A DNA stretch of 64,000 nucleotides from Chrysomallon squamiferum. Taxonomy: Eukaryota; Animalia; Mollusca. Below the pieces are notes generated by a model that worked only from the letters and a program-made list of their open reading frames with translations, was not told where the DNA came from and did no database searches. How positions within the stretch are numbered: position 1 is the first letter of the stretch; each line of letters starts with the position of its first letter. Shown in pieces: positions 12,260-25,211 of this stretch. The stretch covers positions 4,092,001 through 4,156,000 of the forward strand of contig CM022665.1 of assembly GCA_012295275.1 (NCBI GenBank). Reading direction: 5' to 3'. The position numbers were made by a program, and so were the translations under genes.

Positions 12260-13804
12260 TACATGTAAATACACATACATACATACAAATACACATACAT
12301 ACATATATAGATATATATACAAATATACTTACATACATATGTGTATCTACACACAGACACACATACACAAATATAAACATATACATGCGTCAAAACACAC
12401 ACATACAAATTTATAGATTAGTTAGCTCTCACAAATACATAATCTCTGTCTGACAGTTAAACTGAATATCATTTTCAAGACAGTCATTATAAAAAAAAGT
12501 TATCAGCAAAAAAAAAGATTTAAATGCTCTGAATCCACAGACACAAACTTACATGAATGTAGATACATGCACATAGACACATATACATATACATACACAC
12601 ATACATACATACACACATAAACACATATACATATATAAACCAATGTTTAGTAGTGTTACATTACTTTACACATGTCCACATCACATACAAACAGACATAA
12701 ACACATAATCTGACATGAAACAAAAACAAAAATAATAAGAAAAATTTCCTTTTTTTGTTTCTGGCATTCAGTTCCCATACATATTGATCCATAAATCAAA
12801 TATTGCTGAATCAAACTCAAACAAACAAGAAAAAAAAAAGAGCCTAGACTTTCTGTTTTCTCAAAGAAATATGATTCCTATCATTTATTTTCCTGTCATT
12901 TCATATATGAGAGAGTTGGCCAAGCTTTTATTTGCTGTGTTGTGGTGTTTGGTTTGTAACAATGATTAAAACCAGGATATCAGTTCGGTGGAAATCAATT
13001 TAACAGTCATAATATTGAAAAGAGCAATTCATATGAATAGCAACCGACTTGTTTGTGCATGCAGTTCTTCACTGCCAAACGAAATTACATAAAGAAAGTT
13101 TGGAATATTTTGGAAATATGAAAAAACTTATAGTAATGCTTAGAATGTACTGATTTTTGTCCAGCTGGTTCAGTTGGTTGTTGAAATAAGAATTAAAAAG
13201 TGTTGATGAATATTAAAATAAAGAAATTTTAAGTTTGAAACAAAGAACAAAATGCTTTTGTTCTCATTTTATTAACGCATTGTTATAATAAAAATTAAAA
13301 AGTATATTAAAAATATATATATGGTGTGAAGTATTTTGGTTAACATAAAATTAGGGTGTTAAAATAAAAATTAAAACTGTTTAAATTCTATTTATTTATA
13401 TATAAAACTAATGTTTAAAATATAAATGGAATATCATATGACATTTACATTTTCTTCCATTCTAGGGGTATCAAAAAAAAAAAAAAAAATGTGAGAAGAA
13501 AATAATAATAACCAAAAAAAATAAAAATGCAAAGCAAAAAAGAAAGTAGGATATTAAAGTGCTTAAGGTGATCAATAAATATCAATAAATATCCCTTCTA
13601 TCAGATAAAATAAAAAAATAAAAATAAAAATGTTAAGCTGATTCTATTAGAGATAACTGTCGGAACCAAGACTGTGCATGAAGAAAATGACTTTGACAGA
13701 AAGAAAAACCAACAACAACAACAACAACCAGAAAACAAAAATAAATAAAATAAATAAAGAATGAATATTTTTTTCTTTTAGATCCCTGAAAAACTAACAT
13801 GTAA

Positions 13805-13933
13805 TTTATCTAACACAGCTGAAGGTATATAAACTGTAAATGAATCATGTAGTAGGCAATATAAAGATCACCACATGAAAATGGATATGAATAATAAAAT
13901 AAAATAGAATAAAATAAATAAATAAATAAATAA

Positions 13934-13973
<40 letters not shown>

Positions 13974-14097
13974 TCTAACAGCTCAAGGTATATAAACTGT
14001 AAATGAATTATGTAGTAGGCAATATAAAGATCACCATATGAAAATGGATATGAATAATAAAATAAAATAGAATAAAATAAATAAATAAATAAATAAC

Positions 14098-14100
<3 letters not shown>
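13805..14100. repeat. Tandem duplication, about 165 bp x2
   Basis: TATCTAACA..GAAGGTATATAAACTGTAAATGAAT..ATGGATATGAATAATAAAAT occurs twice, near-identical. Confidence 0.9.
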
Positions 14101-14132
<32 letters not shown>

Positions 14133-14497
14133 TAACAATAATAATAACAATAACAATAATAATAATAATAATAAATAAACAAACAAAAATATAACCCTAT
14201 GATATTCCATTAATGGATAATAAAAAAATTCCTTACTCCCCTAAACAGTACAAGCTTATACTGAATGTATGTGTATAAGTCACAGTTCTGGTTAAACCCA
14301 GTCATCCACGGAGTGCATTTATCTCAATACTCTTAATTAACTGAGATTTCTAAAGATTTTCTGCATGACTCAGCCAGCATGCAGCTTATGAAGTTAGACA
14401 TTATAATTGTTATTTTACCCAATCACCCTTATTTTTTCACAGACATGGAGCTCGCTTGTAACAATCATAATCTCATTAATATATATTACTTTGTAAT

Positions 14498-14690
14498 TAA
14501 ATATGACTTGTCCATAACAAACGTGCTTGAGCATAATGGACATAAGCACATTAAATAAAATATATTGCTAATTATGAAATATGACTTGTCCATAACAAAC
14601 GTGCTTGAGCATAATGGACATAAGTACATTGAAATACATTATTAAAGAAGATTGGTCCATAACATACTTGTTTGAACATAATGGACATTA
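14498..14690. repeat. Tandem repeat, about 76 bp period x3, with internal dyad
   Basis: AATATGACTTGTCCATAACAAACGTGCTTGAGCATAATGGACATAAG twice, plus one diverged copy. Confidence 0.88.
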
Positions 14691-14785
14691 CTCATATTGT
14701 ATGTATGTATGTATTTATATATGTATGTAGATATATATATATTTACCTTTGTATGCATATGTGTATAATTGTATGTATGTGTAGT

Positions 14786-14816
<31 letters not shown>

Positions 14817-15648
14817 TAGTATGTTTAAAGTTTTTATCTAGAAACACAAAAGACAACAACAAAATTATTTTCAAGTACTGCTGTATGCATATTTCTTAGT
14901 GTATATAATTATGGTCTTGTGTATACACTATACAGACTAATTTTGTTTATATTTCTTTAAAAAAAGAAGAAAAAATAAAAGAACACAACTGATTCAATCC
15001 TCTACAATGTTAAACTAAAAACTTAGCAATAAGAACTGGAACAAACAATAAAAGATAACTGATTCATTAATGAATAGTTCCCATGTTCCTTTTTTATCTA
15101 CAACAAACATAAAGAATGATAAGTAAACAAATATTTTTAATTTTGATTTTAGGCATACTGCCATGATTCTGAAGAGGTGAGTAAGTGCAGACATTTACAG
15201 CTCACAAACAGTGACTTTTTAATCAGCTACTTACTTAGTTCAACTGAAAATGTACCTCATAAATAAATACTGTCTCTGTGTGTATATAGGCTTTTTATGT
15301 TTATATATATCGAACTAAAAAAATAAATACAAAGACACACACATATACATACATGCATACACACTCATACATACAGATAAAAATATCAATAGACACACTC
15401 ACAGACACATATACACAAACATCCATCCATACGTTAAAAACAGATACATTAACACACATACAAACACATACTGAATAACACATGTAAGAATGCATGCATC
15501 CCCACACATGCAGACAGACAGACACACACACATAATATATAATACAAACAGCATTCATTAAACAAATTTTAATGAGACTACAAAAATCAGCATTAAAAAA
15601 ATTCCCTCCCAATATAAACAAAGTTTGAAAAATGATAGATTAATTTCC

Positions 15649-15682
<34 letters not shown>

Positions 15683-16418
15683 AGAAATGAATACACAATG
15701 TTATCTTTCTCGCTAGCATTAACCTTTTGTTTATCGTGGTGGGTGGGATAGGGTACCTGGAATTAATTACTGATAAAACTTTGAACTCAGCAATAAACAA
15801 ATTTTATTTCACATCAGTTGACAGAGAACCAGTGTTTATTCTTGTAAACAAATTGTAAATCTGTCACAAACAGTCAAACATTAGAGAAATAATCACAGAG
15901 ATACTAAACATGTTTTATTAAAAAAAAAATTAAAAAAAATAATGATAATAAGCTATTTTACCTTTATGCTTGATTACAGTTAGAGACAGGTATGGAATGG
16001 TATAATAATAATAGTGAAAAGAGAAATAAAATTAAATGATGAAATGAAATTTAAAAATTAATATAAATAATAACTAGGAAGAAAAATGTGTTGTACTATA
16101 ATGTAATATGATGTGATGTGTTATAATATAATATACAAAATTAATTACTGAATAAACTAAAATACACATAAATAGATAAATAAAAAAAAAAAATAATTTT
16201 AAAAAAGGAAAAATTTACAATATTAAGTAATTAAAAAGTAAAACAGATAATTTTAAAAAGATGAGGTAGAACAATAAAATAAAAAAATAAAATGAAACAA
16301 AATAAACCAAAATAAAATAAAACAAAATTAAAAAAAGTAACATTTAATAAAATAAAATTTAACAAAACAAAATCAAAAAAAAAACAAAATCAAATGAAAC
16401 AAAATAAAACAAAATAAG

Positions 16419-16473
<55 letters not shown>

Positions 16474-17370
16474 AGAGAGACTATGCTAAAAATAAAATGT
16501 AGAGAAATAACAGACAACCTCTGAAACACACAGACAGACAGACAGGGTAACTGCTGGAATGAAATCACATGCATAGTGCACTAATCATTTGCCTTGTCAT
16601 TACCAACCACTTATTTACTTACTGGGAGTCAAACACTTCATGTATACAATAAGTCCCCATTAACAAACACCTGTATGAACATGCACACCTAATTGATGAA
16701 ATAACCTCGATATAAACAAACACATTAACTCTGCATGTTGCTCTAAGGCATATCTTTTTATAGTGTATGTTATACACACTGATATAATATTAGGTGTGCA
16801 AAATTAGCTGTTCTTGTATGTTTAGAAAACGGGGTATGCAGTTTTGTACATGCTGGGTGTTGTATTTGGTTACTGAAAATATATATGTAATACATACTCT
16901 TTTATATATTTATTTATCAGTGTTTTTAATCATAAATTTTTATATATATATATATGTACATATATACACATATAAACACATACACATTGTAAGAAAGTAT
17001 GTGTATATTGACACAGACACAGACTGAAAGAGAGAATGGGAAAAAAAGAAAGAATGAAAGTAAGAGAAAATCAGACAGAAAGATAATGTCAGACAAAAAA
17101 GAAAGAAGAGAGACAAAAAGAGAGAGAGATAAAAAAAGAGATTGAGAGAATGTATATGTGCATCTGTACAAGTACAAATTTACACAAATTCTTTTATGTG
17201 CAGTTTAATATCCAGTACTAAAATCGACTGCAGAAATGCTTCATTATGTATCACAATTATTTCATTTGATACTCTGTAAAAATCTACAGCACTGATGCTT
17301 ATTACTTTTGTGTCATCACAGATTTAATTAGTTTTGCACACTGCTAAGTAGGTGTTTATTGATTTGTTCA

Positions 17371-17384
17371 GTTACCATAGTAAC
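17371..17384. promoter_or_regulatory. Canonical X-box (RFX) motif, intronic
   Basis: GTTACCATAGTAAC, a near-palindromic 14-mer. Confidence 0.55.
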
Positions 17385-18078
17385 AAGAAAATGTCTGAAG
17401 ATAATCAATAGGTAATGATAAACTGAAAACGTAGGTAAATATAGAACAAAAGTGACATTCACTGCAATTTGTAAATTCTAAACTATCTGTCTGTTTGTCT
17501 TTGTGTGTGTATGTGTGTTGTGTGTGTACTAGAGTTTGTAGGTGTACACAGATAAACATATTATCAATAGAACTGTTTAAACAGTACTTATATGATGTTG
17601 TTCTTTATGTATATATGTTATTTGATCAAGTCAAAATATTAGTGAACTGTCAAACATATTAACTGTAAGATAAAATATTTCCATAATGACATTTTAATTT
17701 CAATAAAATAAAATAAAATGAAGACTTTAATTCCAAAACATGATAAACACCATACAAAATCAAAATTTTAAAAAAAACATCAGAAAATGTTCAGCATTTG
17801 ATGGCTCTTCAAAGCACCATAATCATTTTCCCCAAAATTTTATATCTGCTGCTGATTATGAACTCCAGAGCAGAAATAGTCATTTTTCTCAAAACAAAGA
17901 AAATGGATTTATAGTGTTTTGGAACCAAACTCTTCAAATATAGTTAAAATTATTAAGAAAAAACATATTAGTTTTATTTATGTTTGTTTCTTTTTCCACA
18001 CACACACACACACACAGAGGATGATTCTGGTATTAAAATAATGACGACCTTTCATTATCTCACTTTGAGGTAACTCAC

Positions 18079-18224
18079 CTGGCTCTCGATCGAAGGTCAC
18101 GAAGGTAAAATCGGAGGTCACCACCTGGTTGAGAGTGAATGTCTTCTGCCTGCGCCTTGTGTAGAAACTTCATAAACAGTTTGTTGTTTTTGTCAGAAAT
18201 GCTCGAATTTTCTCTGTCAAAGTC
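18079..18224 (-). CDS. KIAA2012: KIAA2012-like exon, 146 nt
   Basis: cag|GAC TTT ... GCC AG|gtgagt; DFDRENSSISDKNNKLFMKFLHKAQAEDIHSQPGGDLRFYLRDLRSRA. Confidence 0.87.
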
Positions 18225-18462
18225 CTGGAAAAGACAGTTGTGACATATAAAATTTTTAAAAAATATATATTTTTCATTAAATGAATGTATAAAAACAAAC
18301 ATAACATAAACATACAATGAAGTTCTCATAACATTTGAATGTACAAAAATGTAAGATATGTATTAAAAGTATTTTTTCTAGTAACTAGTTTTGATATGTT
18401 AGTTTGGTAAGATGGGGATTTGCCATTTTTAATACACTGAGTGGGTTTTTTTCTTTTTTCCC

Positions 18463-18685
18463 TTTTTATACAGTCAAAACCTGTTTTACACATTTTTATT
18501 TTTCATTATATATATCATCCATGCCTAACATACTCAACAACATTCAAAAGTCACCTAACAAAACAAAATGTCAGCAAATTCATCATGAGCCCACTTAAAC
18601 AATGTCACCAAACTCAAACATGGTCATTCTATTCAATATATGTCACCAGACTGAAACACAATCAACATGTTCAATAAATGTTATG
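18463..18685 (+). repeat. Dispersed repeat copy 1 (MITE-like start TA-CAGTCAAAACCTG)
   Basis: Collinear with 23018-23190. Confidence 0.65.
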
Positions 18686-18794
18686 AGATCCATTAATGTC
18701 ATATATGATTAAGAATTCTCACTTAACATTTTTTTTACCTCTCTCAGACACTATCACTGCAGTTTATGAAATACACAACAAAAAAAAAATGTAT

Positions 18795-19464
18795 AGTTAC
18801 ACAAAGTACAGAGAAGCTGTTAACACTAATAAAAAAACTATTAAAGCTGTACAGAAAGTATCAAAACTATACAGAAACTATTGAACTGTTAAAATAATAC
18901 AGAAAAGATTAAAAGTAACAAAGAAATTATTAAAATTACACAGAAACTATCAAGACTGTACAGAAACTACTAAAACTGTACAGACACTATTAAATCTATT
19001 AAAAAACTATTAAAAGTACACAGACACTATTAAAACTATACAGAAACTATTAAAACTAACTCAGGAACTGTTCAAACTATACAAAAACTATTAAAACCAA
19101 TAGAGAAAACTATGAAAACTTTTTAAAAAACTACACAGAAACTAATAAAACTACATATAAGACACTGTTAAAACACAAAAACTATTAAGAAACTATTTAA
19201 ACCATAAATCAGAAAAAAATTAAAACTGGATGGAAAACTATTGAAACTATAACTGAAACTATTAAAACAACACAAAAAACTATTAAAACTGACACCAAAA
19301 AACATTAAAATGAACACAAAAATTTTAAAATTATCGAGAAACGATTAAATCTATTAAAACTAAAACACATGAAAACTTATTAAAACAACAACAAAAAAAC
19401 TATTAAAACTGACACCAGAAAACTATTAAAACTGAACAGAAACTTAATTACAACTAATACAAAC
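18795..19464. repeat. Degenerate minisatellite, about 20 bp unit
   Basis: CAGAAACTATTAAAACTGTA variants running up to the exon donor. Confidence 0.9.
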
Positions 19465-19773
19465 CTCTTCTCCATACTGTAAAACAGACAAAGACAGACG
19501 TTCCAGTGTCCCCAACTTCAAGCTCAGATCTATCATCTCATTTGTCTTCTTGTGTCTCACAAATCTTGGAGGCTTTGAGGCGACCTTCTTCGAATCTTCA
19601 TCAGGAGCTGAGAACAACACGAGAGCTCCTTTCCTCGTGATGTAGGTCTTAGGCAAGTCGAGTTTCCCATCTGTTGTCTCTGTAAACACTGATGTTGCAG
19701 ACGGAGTTCGAGGACTGACAGTGATGCCATGGCGATGTGGTTCTGGAATTCCCAGTAGTGGTAAATAGTCTGC
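19465..19773 (-). CDS. KIAA2012: KIAA2012-like exon, 309 nt
   Basis: cag|GCA GAC TAT ... GAA GAG|gtttgt; contains LPKTYITRKGALVLFS. Confidence 0.88.
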
Positions 19774-20084
19774 CTGTAAATTAATTTTTTATTTATTTAA
19801 AAAGTTCAGAAATGACAATTTGACCAAAAAAAACACAAAAAACAAACCCAAAACATGATGTTTTAATATAATAATAAAGATGTTAACAAAGAATAAAGTT
19901 TAATAAATAATAGGAAAGGTATAATAATATTAATGGCATTAAAACTATTTTTAAAAAATGTATTGAGTAAATAGTAATGTTAAATAGTGTTTTGTATTAA
20001 TATTTTAATAGTAATAAAATAACTAAAAAGTATTTGTTGAATGTCCATATAATAATAACAATAAATAAAAATAAAATAAAATAC

Positions 20085-20970
20085 ATGTATTTGATATATC
20101 TATAATCTATCACATCTACACTAAAATGAATGCACATATTAGATATATCTATAATCTATCACATCTACACTAAAATGAAGTACACATATTAGATATATCT
20201 GTTATCTATCACATCTACACTAAAATAAGATACATATTAGATATATCTATAATCTATCACATCTACACTAAAATGAAGTACACATATTAGATATATCTGT
20301 TATCTATCACATCTACACTAAAATGAAGTGCACATATTAGATATATCTGTTATCTATCACATCTACACTAAAATAAGATACATATTAGATATATCTAATA
20401 ATCTATATCTGTTATCTATCACATCTACACTAAAATAAGATGCATATTAGATATATCTATAATCTATCACATCTACACTAAAATAAGATGCATATTAGAT
20501 ATATCTATAATCTATCACATCTACACTAAAATAAGATACATATTAGATATATCTGTTATCTATCACATCTACACTAAAATAAGATACATATTAGATATAT
20601 CTATAATCTATCACACACCTACACTAAAATGAAATACACATATTAGATATATCTATAATCTATCACATCTACACTAAATATCTGTTATCTATCACATCTA
20701 CACTAAAATGAAGTGCACATATTAGATATATCTGTTATCTATCACATCTACACTAAAATAAGATACATATTAGATATATCTATAATCTATCACACACCTA
20801 CACTAAAATGAAATACACATATTAGATATATCTATAATCTATCACATATTAGATATATCTATAATCTATCACATCTACACTAAAATAAGATACATGTATT
20901 TGATATATCTGTTATGTATCAAAATTACACCTGTTAGATATAAATGTTATCTGTTATCACCTAATCTGCA
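20085..20970. repeat. Minisatellite, about 46-49 bp unit, roughly 18 copies
   Basis: TTAGATATATCT(AT/GT)(A/T)ATCTATCACATCTACACTAAAAT(AAGAT/GAAGT)ACATA. Confidence 0.95.
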
Positions 20971-21074
20971 CTAAGACAAATTTACACAAAATACACTTCT
21001 TCGATGTATTTTATCTACCAATCCTAACGAAAAAACAAACGTGTGAGATAAAACCATTATCTGTCAACATTTAC

Positions 21075-21149
21075 CGTTTCTTCGTTTTCCGAACAGAGAT
21101 CAAAATCTCCCGTCCATGAACCGTATCCGCGTGCTAAGGAACTCAACAT
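21075..21149 (-). CDS. KIAA2012: KIAA2012-like first coding exon, 75 nt
   Basis: aaaacATG TTG AGT ... GAA ACG|gtaaat; MLSSLARGYGSWTGDFDLCSENEET. Confidence 0.8.
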
Positions 21150-21343
21150 GTTTTTTTTAATCTTTATTTTTCTCTGCTTTTTCTTGTCACGTCTTCACAC
21201 TTTCAACATTCCGACATCAAACTGATCGTGTCAATGCAGACATTTCACAGGGTTTTTTTTGAGGAAAATTTAATTTTTTTTTTTTTAAATTCACCGGGTT
21301 TTTCTTCCCTCTTTAAAAGATATCCTCACACATTTAGAAATGC

Positions 21344-21358
21344 ATTGTCCATGACAAC
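21344..21358. promoter_or_regulatory. X-box (RFX)-like motif
   Basis: ATTGTC-CAT-GACAAC about 200 bp upstream of the ATG; fits RTHNYY-N3-RRNRAC. Confidence 0.45.
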
Positions 21359-22141
21359 GGATCGTCACTGTTTGTATACATTTCACTGAAAGTGACACAG
21401 ATGAATAAGGAAGAGCCTACATTTGTTGGCGACAAAAACTAAATGTGGACGAGTTCATTTTCTCACGTCTGTCATTTTTTTTCCCTGACTCGCGGGTCGA
21501 ATTTTGTCAAAGCGAAAACATAAACATGCTTTTACCATTCTTTCTTTCTTACTTTCCTCACATTAAAAAAAAAAAAAAACCCGTTCACGAGTATAAAATA
21601 ATATTATGATCGTATATGTAATTTTTCTTTTTTTTTTTTTTTTTTTTGGACCCTTATATAACAGTAAATAGTCACGGGTGACGATTCGGAACTAATTATA
21701 GACTACACGATTTGTTATCTACTCACCCGTAACGCATAACGGGCAGAGTGGGTGTTTATAATTTCTCTTAACGGTTCTTTTGATGTCGCCGACGATTGCC
21801 GCCGTTAAACCCAGTTATCGAATTACTGGCTTATTTATTTATTTGTTTGTTTATGTATTTATTTGTATTGGTTGTTTCTTTGTTTCTCCCTTTCTTAGTT
21901 TTACTAGCATGGCAAGAAGGCATAGATTACTGAAGAAAACAATGTATCTGATAATATTTTATTTCAAAATTTATAATTTAATTTAATTAATTAATTTATT
22001 TATTTTTAAATTTATTTGTTTGTTTTTCTTTCTTTCTTTTTTTTATTTCTTTTACTAAACAAGGAGAGGAGACAAAGGACTGAAGAAACAGTGTCTCTTA
22101 TTTTAGAATTTTATTTATTTATTGTTATTGCTAGTTTATTA

Positions 22142-22179
<38 letters not shown>

Positions 22180-22413
22180 AGTAATTGTAGTAGTAATAGT
22201 GGTAGTAATGGTAGCAATAGTAGTAGTAGTAGTAGTAGCTAATAATTTCATTATTTACTTAATATATATATATTTTTTAATTATTTATTATTTATTATTT
22301 TAAATTTCACTTTCATTTGTATGTTTTCATAAAATATAAACAATATAAATATTATGATAGTTGTTTTTGAATTTATTTAATTAGTTTATTTACTTAGTTT
22401 ATTAAGTTTAATT

Positions 22414-22452
<39 letters not shown>

Positions 22453-22749
22453 TATATTTAATTATTATGTGTTTTTTCTAAATTATTATTCTTTTTGTTC
22501 CTATTTTTTTGTTCTTTTCTTCTTATAATCTTATTTTTTTTATTACTTTTTTTTCTGTTATTGATAATTTTTTACTTTATTTTTATCTACATTTATAAAA
22601 TATTATTTAACAGAAATTTATATTTTGTTTTCTTTTATTTATATAAAATATTGCATAACAGGCTGGTGTTTTATAATTAAAGTTTTACTGAGCCTTACAC
22701 TAATAACATTATTACACACACCAGAATCAATAATGTAAACAAACTGCTG

Positions 22750-22910
22750 AACTATTTGCAAACCAGCCTGTGCTCTACAACTGATTTATGAAAGGTTGTG
22801 GAGTGTATTTTTTTTCTGTCTATGGGAGTGTGCATATAAAAAAAAGCCTTGCTCCTAAACAAAAAAGAATAACCCATAATATGGCTTCATCAGTCTTCTC
22901 TTTCATAATC
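22750..22910 (+). mobile_element. Degenerate SINE-like repeat copy, same family, opposite orientation
   Basis: CCAGCCTGTGCTCTACAACTGATTTATGAAAGG..GTGCATATAAAAAAAAGCCTTGCT. Confidence 0.55.
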
Positions 22911-23017
22911 TGTTTTATCCTTAATTTATAACAGATGTACATGTCATCACAAATTATATTATTTTTTATTTTATTTTTTATTTTTTTATTTATTATTTAT
23001 CATCATTAAGCCATCTC

Positions 23018-23190
23018 TTTTATACAGTCAAAACCTGTTTTTCACTCTAATCAGATATTCAACTACATTCAGAAGACAATAACAAAAAACTATTTCAGCA
23101 AATGCAGTCAATGTCACCAGACTAAAACATAGTCATTCAAATCAATGAATGTTACCAGATTCATAGTCAACCCTATCAATAAATGTTTCT
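23018..23190 (+). repeat. Dispersed repeat copy 2
   Basis: TTTTATACAGTCAAAACCTGTTTT..CAATGTCACCA..GTCATTC..TCAATAAATGTT is shared with 18463-18685. Confidence 0.65.
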
Positions 23191-24647
23191 TCAGTATTAC
23201 AACAGTTAAGTCACTTATGTTAAGACTGGAAGGATCTGAGATCAGATCCTGGTACTGACTACAAAACTGTGATGTCTGGATTACTGTGAAACAAAAATAC
23301 TATCTTCTCTTCAACTAGTATTGAAAATAGTGAGAAACAAGGATTACATTTTCATGTCTGATGTTCTTGTAACTTCAGTGCATGTAAGCTATTTAAAATG
23401 GTTTACTGAATTGTATTTGAATGTCAGAATAGAATGCTATTAATAATAATTGAAAATAATAATAATAATAACAACAATAGTAAATTGAACAAATAACATT
23501 AATAAATAGTATACTACTACTACTACTACTAATAATAATAATAATAATAATAATCATCATCATAATAATAATTGAAAATAATAATAACAATAGTAATAAC
23601 TGAAAATAATAATAACAATAGTAATAACTGAAAATAATAATAATAATGATGATGATAATAATAACAGTAATAACAGTAATAATAATAATTTGTAGATACT
23701 TTATAATCAGTGGCTGAGATCAGTCTTTGATGGATATTTGCACAAGGGTGATACTTACAGAAACTGAATACCTACATGGAAGAAGTATTTAATTAATAAA
23801 TTACATTCTTAACTGTAATACATGGGAGTAAATGTTTTTAAGAGTGCTGCCAGATTACATTTTCTTTCACAGGCAGAAACAGATAATTATAAAATAATTA
23901 ATAACATGTACTTAATAACTAATTGCTTTAGTTAGTGCAAAAAAGATTGCACATGTCTTAGCTATTGGTAGCTAACATGTTATTGAATTATGGCTCAAAG
24001 GAATATCTGATGGCATTAAAGAAGGGTTTAAATATATTTTGTATTTTGTCCAAGTTACTGTTTTGTTTGATATTAGTGATAAATCTTTGTTTTTTAATAA
24101 AATACAGCCTCACCAAGTTGCAATGAAACTGAAATGTGAAGCTTTATCACAGAAATGTAAAAAAATCCCTGACAGACTGAGTACATGGGACTCGTGCCAT
24201 GTTTTATTTTTTTTTTTTTTTTTAAATTTAAATTTATATTTATTTATTTATTTATTTTGTATATTTATTGGTTTGTTTACTGATTTATTGATTTTTTATT
24301 TTTATTTTACTGGAGATTATTTTAAAGGATTTTTAAATTTTTTTTTTCTACCAAACATAATAAAACTAAGAAGATCAGCATCTGCTTTTATTATCAAAGA
24401 CAGACTACTGATAACAGAGTCTTGTTAAAGTATACCAAAGGCACATAGACTATTTAAATAAACAACCTGAAATACACTTTAAGGGTTTCTAGCACATATT
24501 TTGTATCAGTCAGGTGAGGAAAAAAGGAAAAAGAATGGTGTTGAACAAGTAACATAAACCTAATTTTTGAGAAAATTTAATATTAACAAAGTTAGCAAAC
24601 ATGGCAGACTGACAGTTGTACTTTTTGTGATAGTTTCCCCTGTTTTA

Positions 24648-24649
<2 letters not shown>

Positions 24650-24692
<43 letters not shown>

Positions 24693-24785
24693 CATTTTTA
24701 TTACTGTTATTGTTATTATTGTTATTGTTATTGTTCTTACTATTATTGTTGTTGTTAATATTATCCTTCTTATTGTTGTTATCAC

Positions 24786-24848
<63 letters not shown>
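24650..24848. repeat. (TTA/TTG)n microsatellite
   Basis: Read directly from the sequence. Confidence 0.95.
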
Positions 24849-24849
<1 letters not shown>

Positions 24850-25170
24850 CAAATAATAGTGTCTTCCAGATAGTTTTTAACTATGTTGTTTTGTTGTTAT
24901 ATTTCATTACTTGTCCAGAGTAGATGGCAATAAAACTGTGTAAAACATAACATCCAGAATATATTTAGACTGTTTTCTTTGTATCACCACTGGTTACACT
25001 TTAATATGAGTATTAAGTTAATCTAATACAAATTCAATGTTTTCTTGTTTTTAATGATTAACAGTAGCATTGTGATTGAACACAAGTAGCATTGTAATTG
25101 AACATTTTCTTTCTCAGACCTTTTCATTACAAAATAAAAACCTAATAAGTATTTACACATACATTTAAAG

Positions 25171-25211
<41 letters not shown>

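Larger units (their letters stand above)
21050..21830 (-). promoter_or_regulatory. CpG-enriched promoter/5' region of the KIAA2012-like gene
   Basis: CpG dinucleotides are visibly frequent here against a CpG-depleted background; the region covers and precedes the ATG. Confidence 0.6.

Noticed and set aside
9215-12416. Many HTHT/VCVC ORFs
   Set aside because: They come from (CA)n/(TG)n and (CATA)n repeats.
14498-14690. CRISPR-like repeat-spacer appearance
   Set aside because: It lies in a eukaryotic intron, has only three units, has no cas genes, and its spacers are AT-rich.
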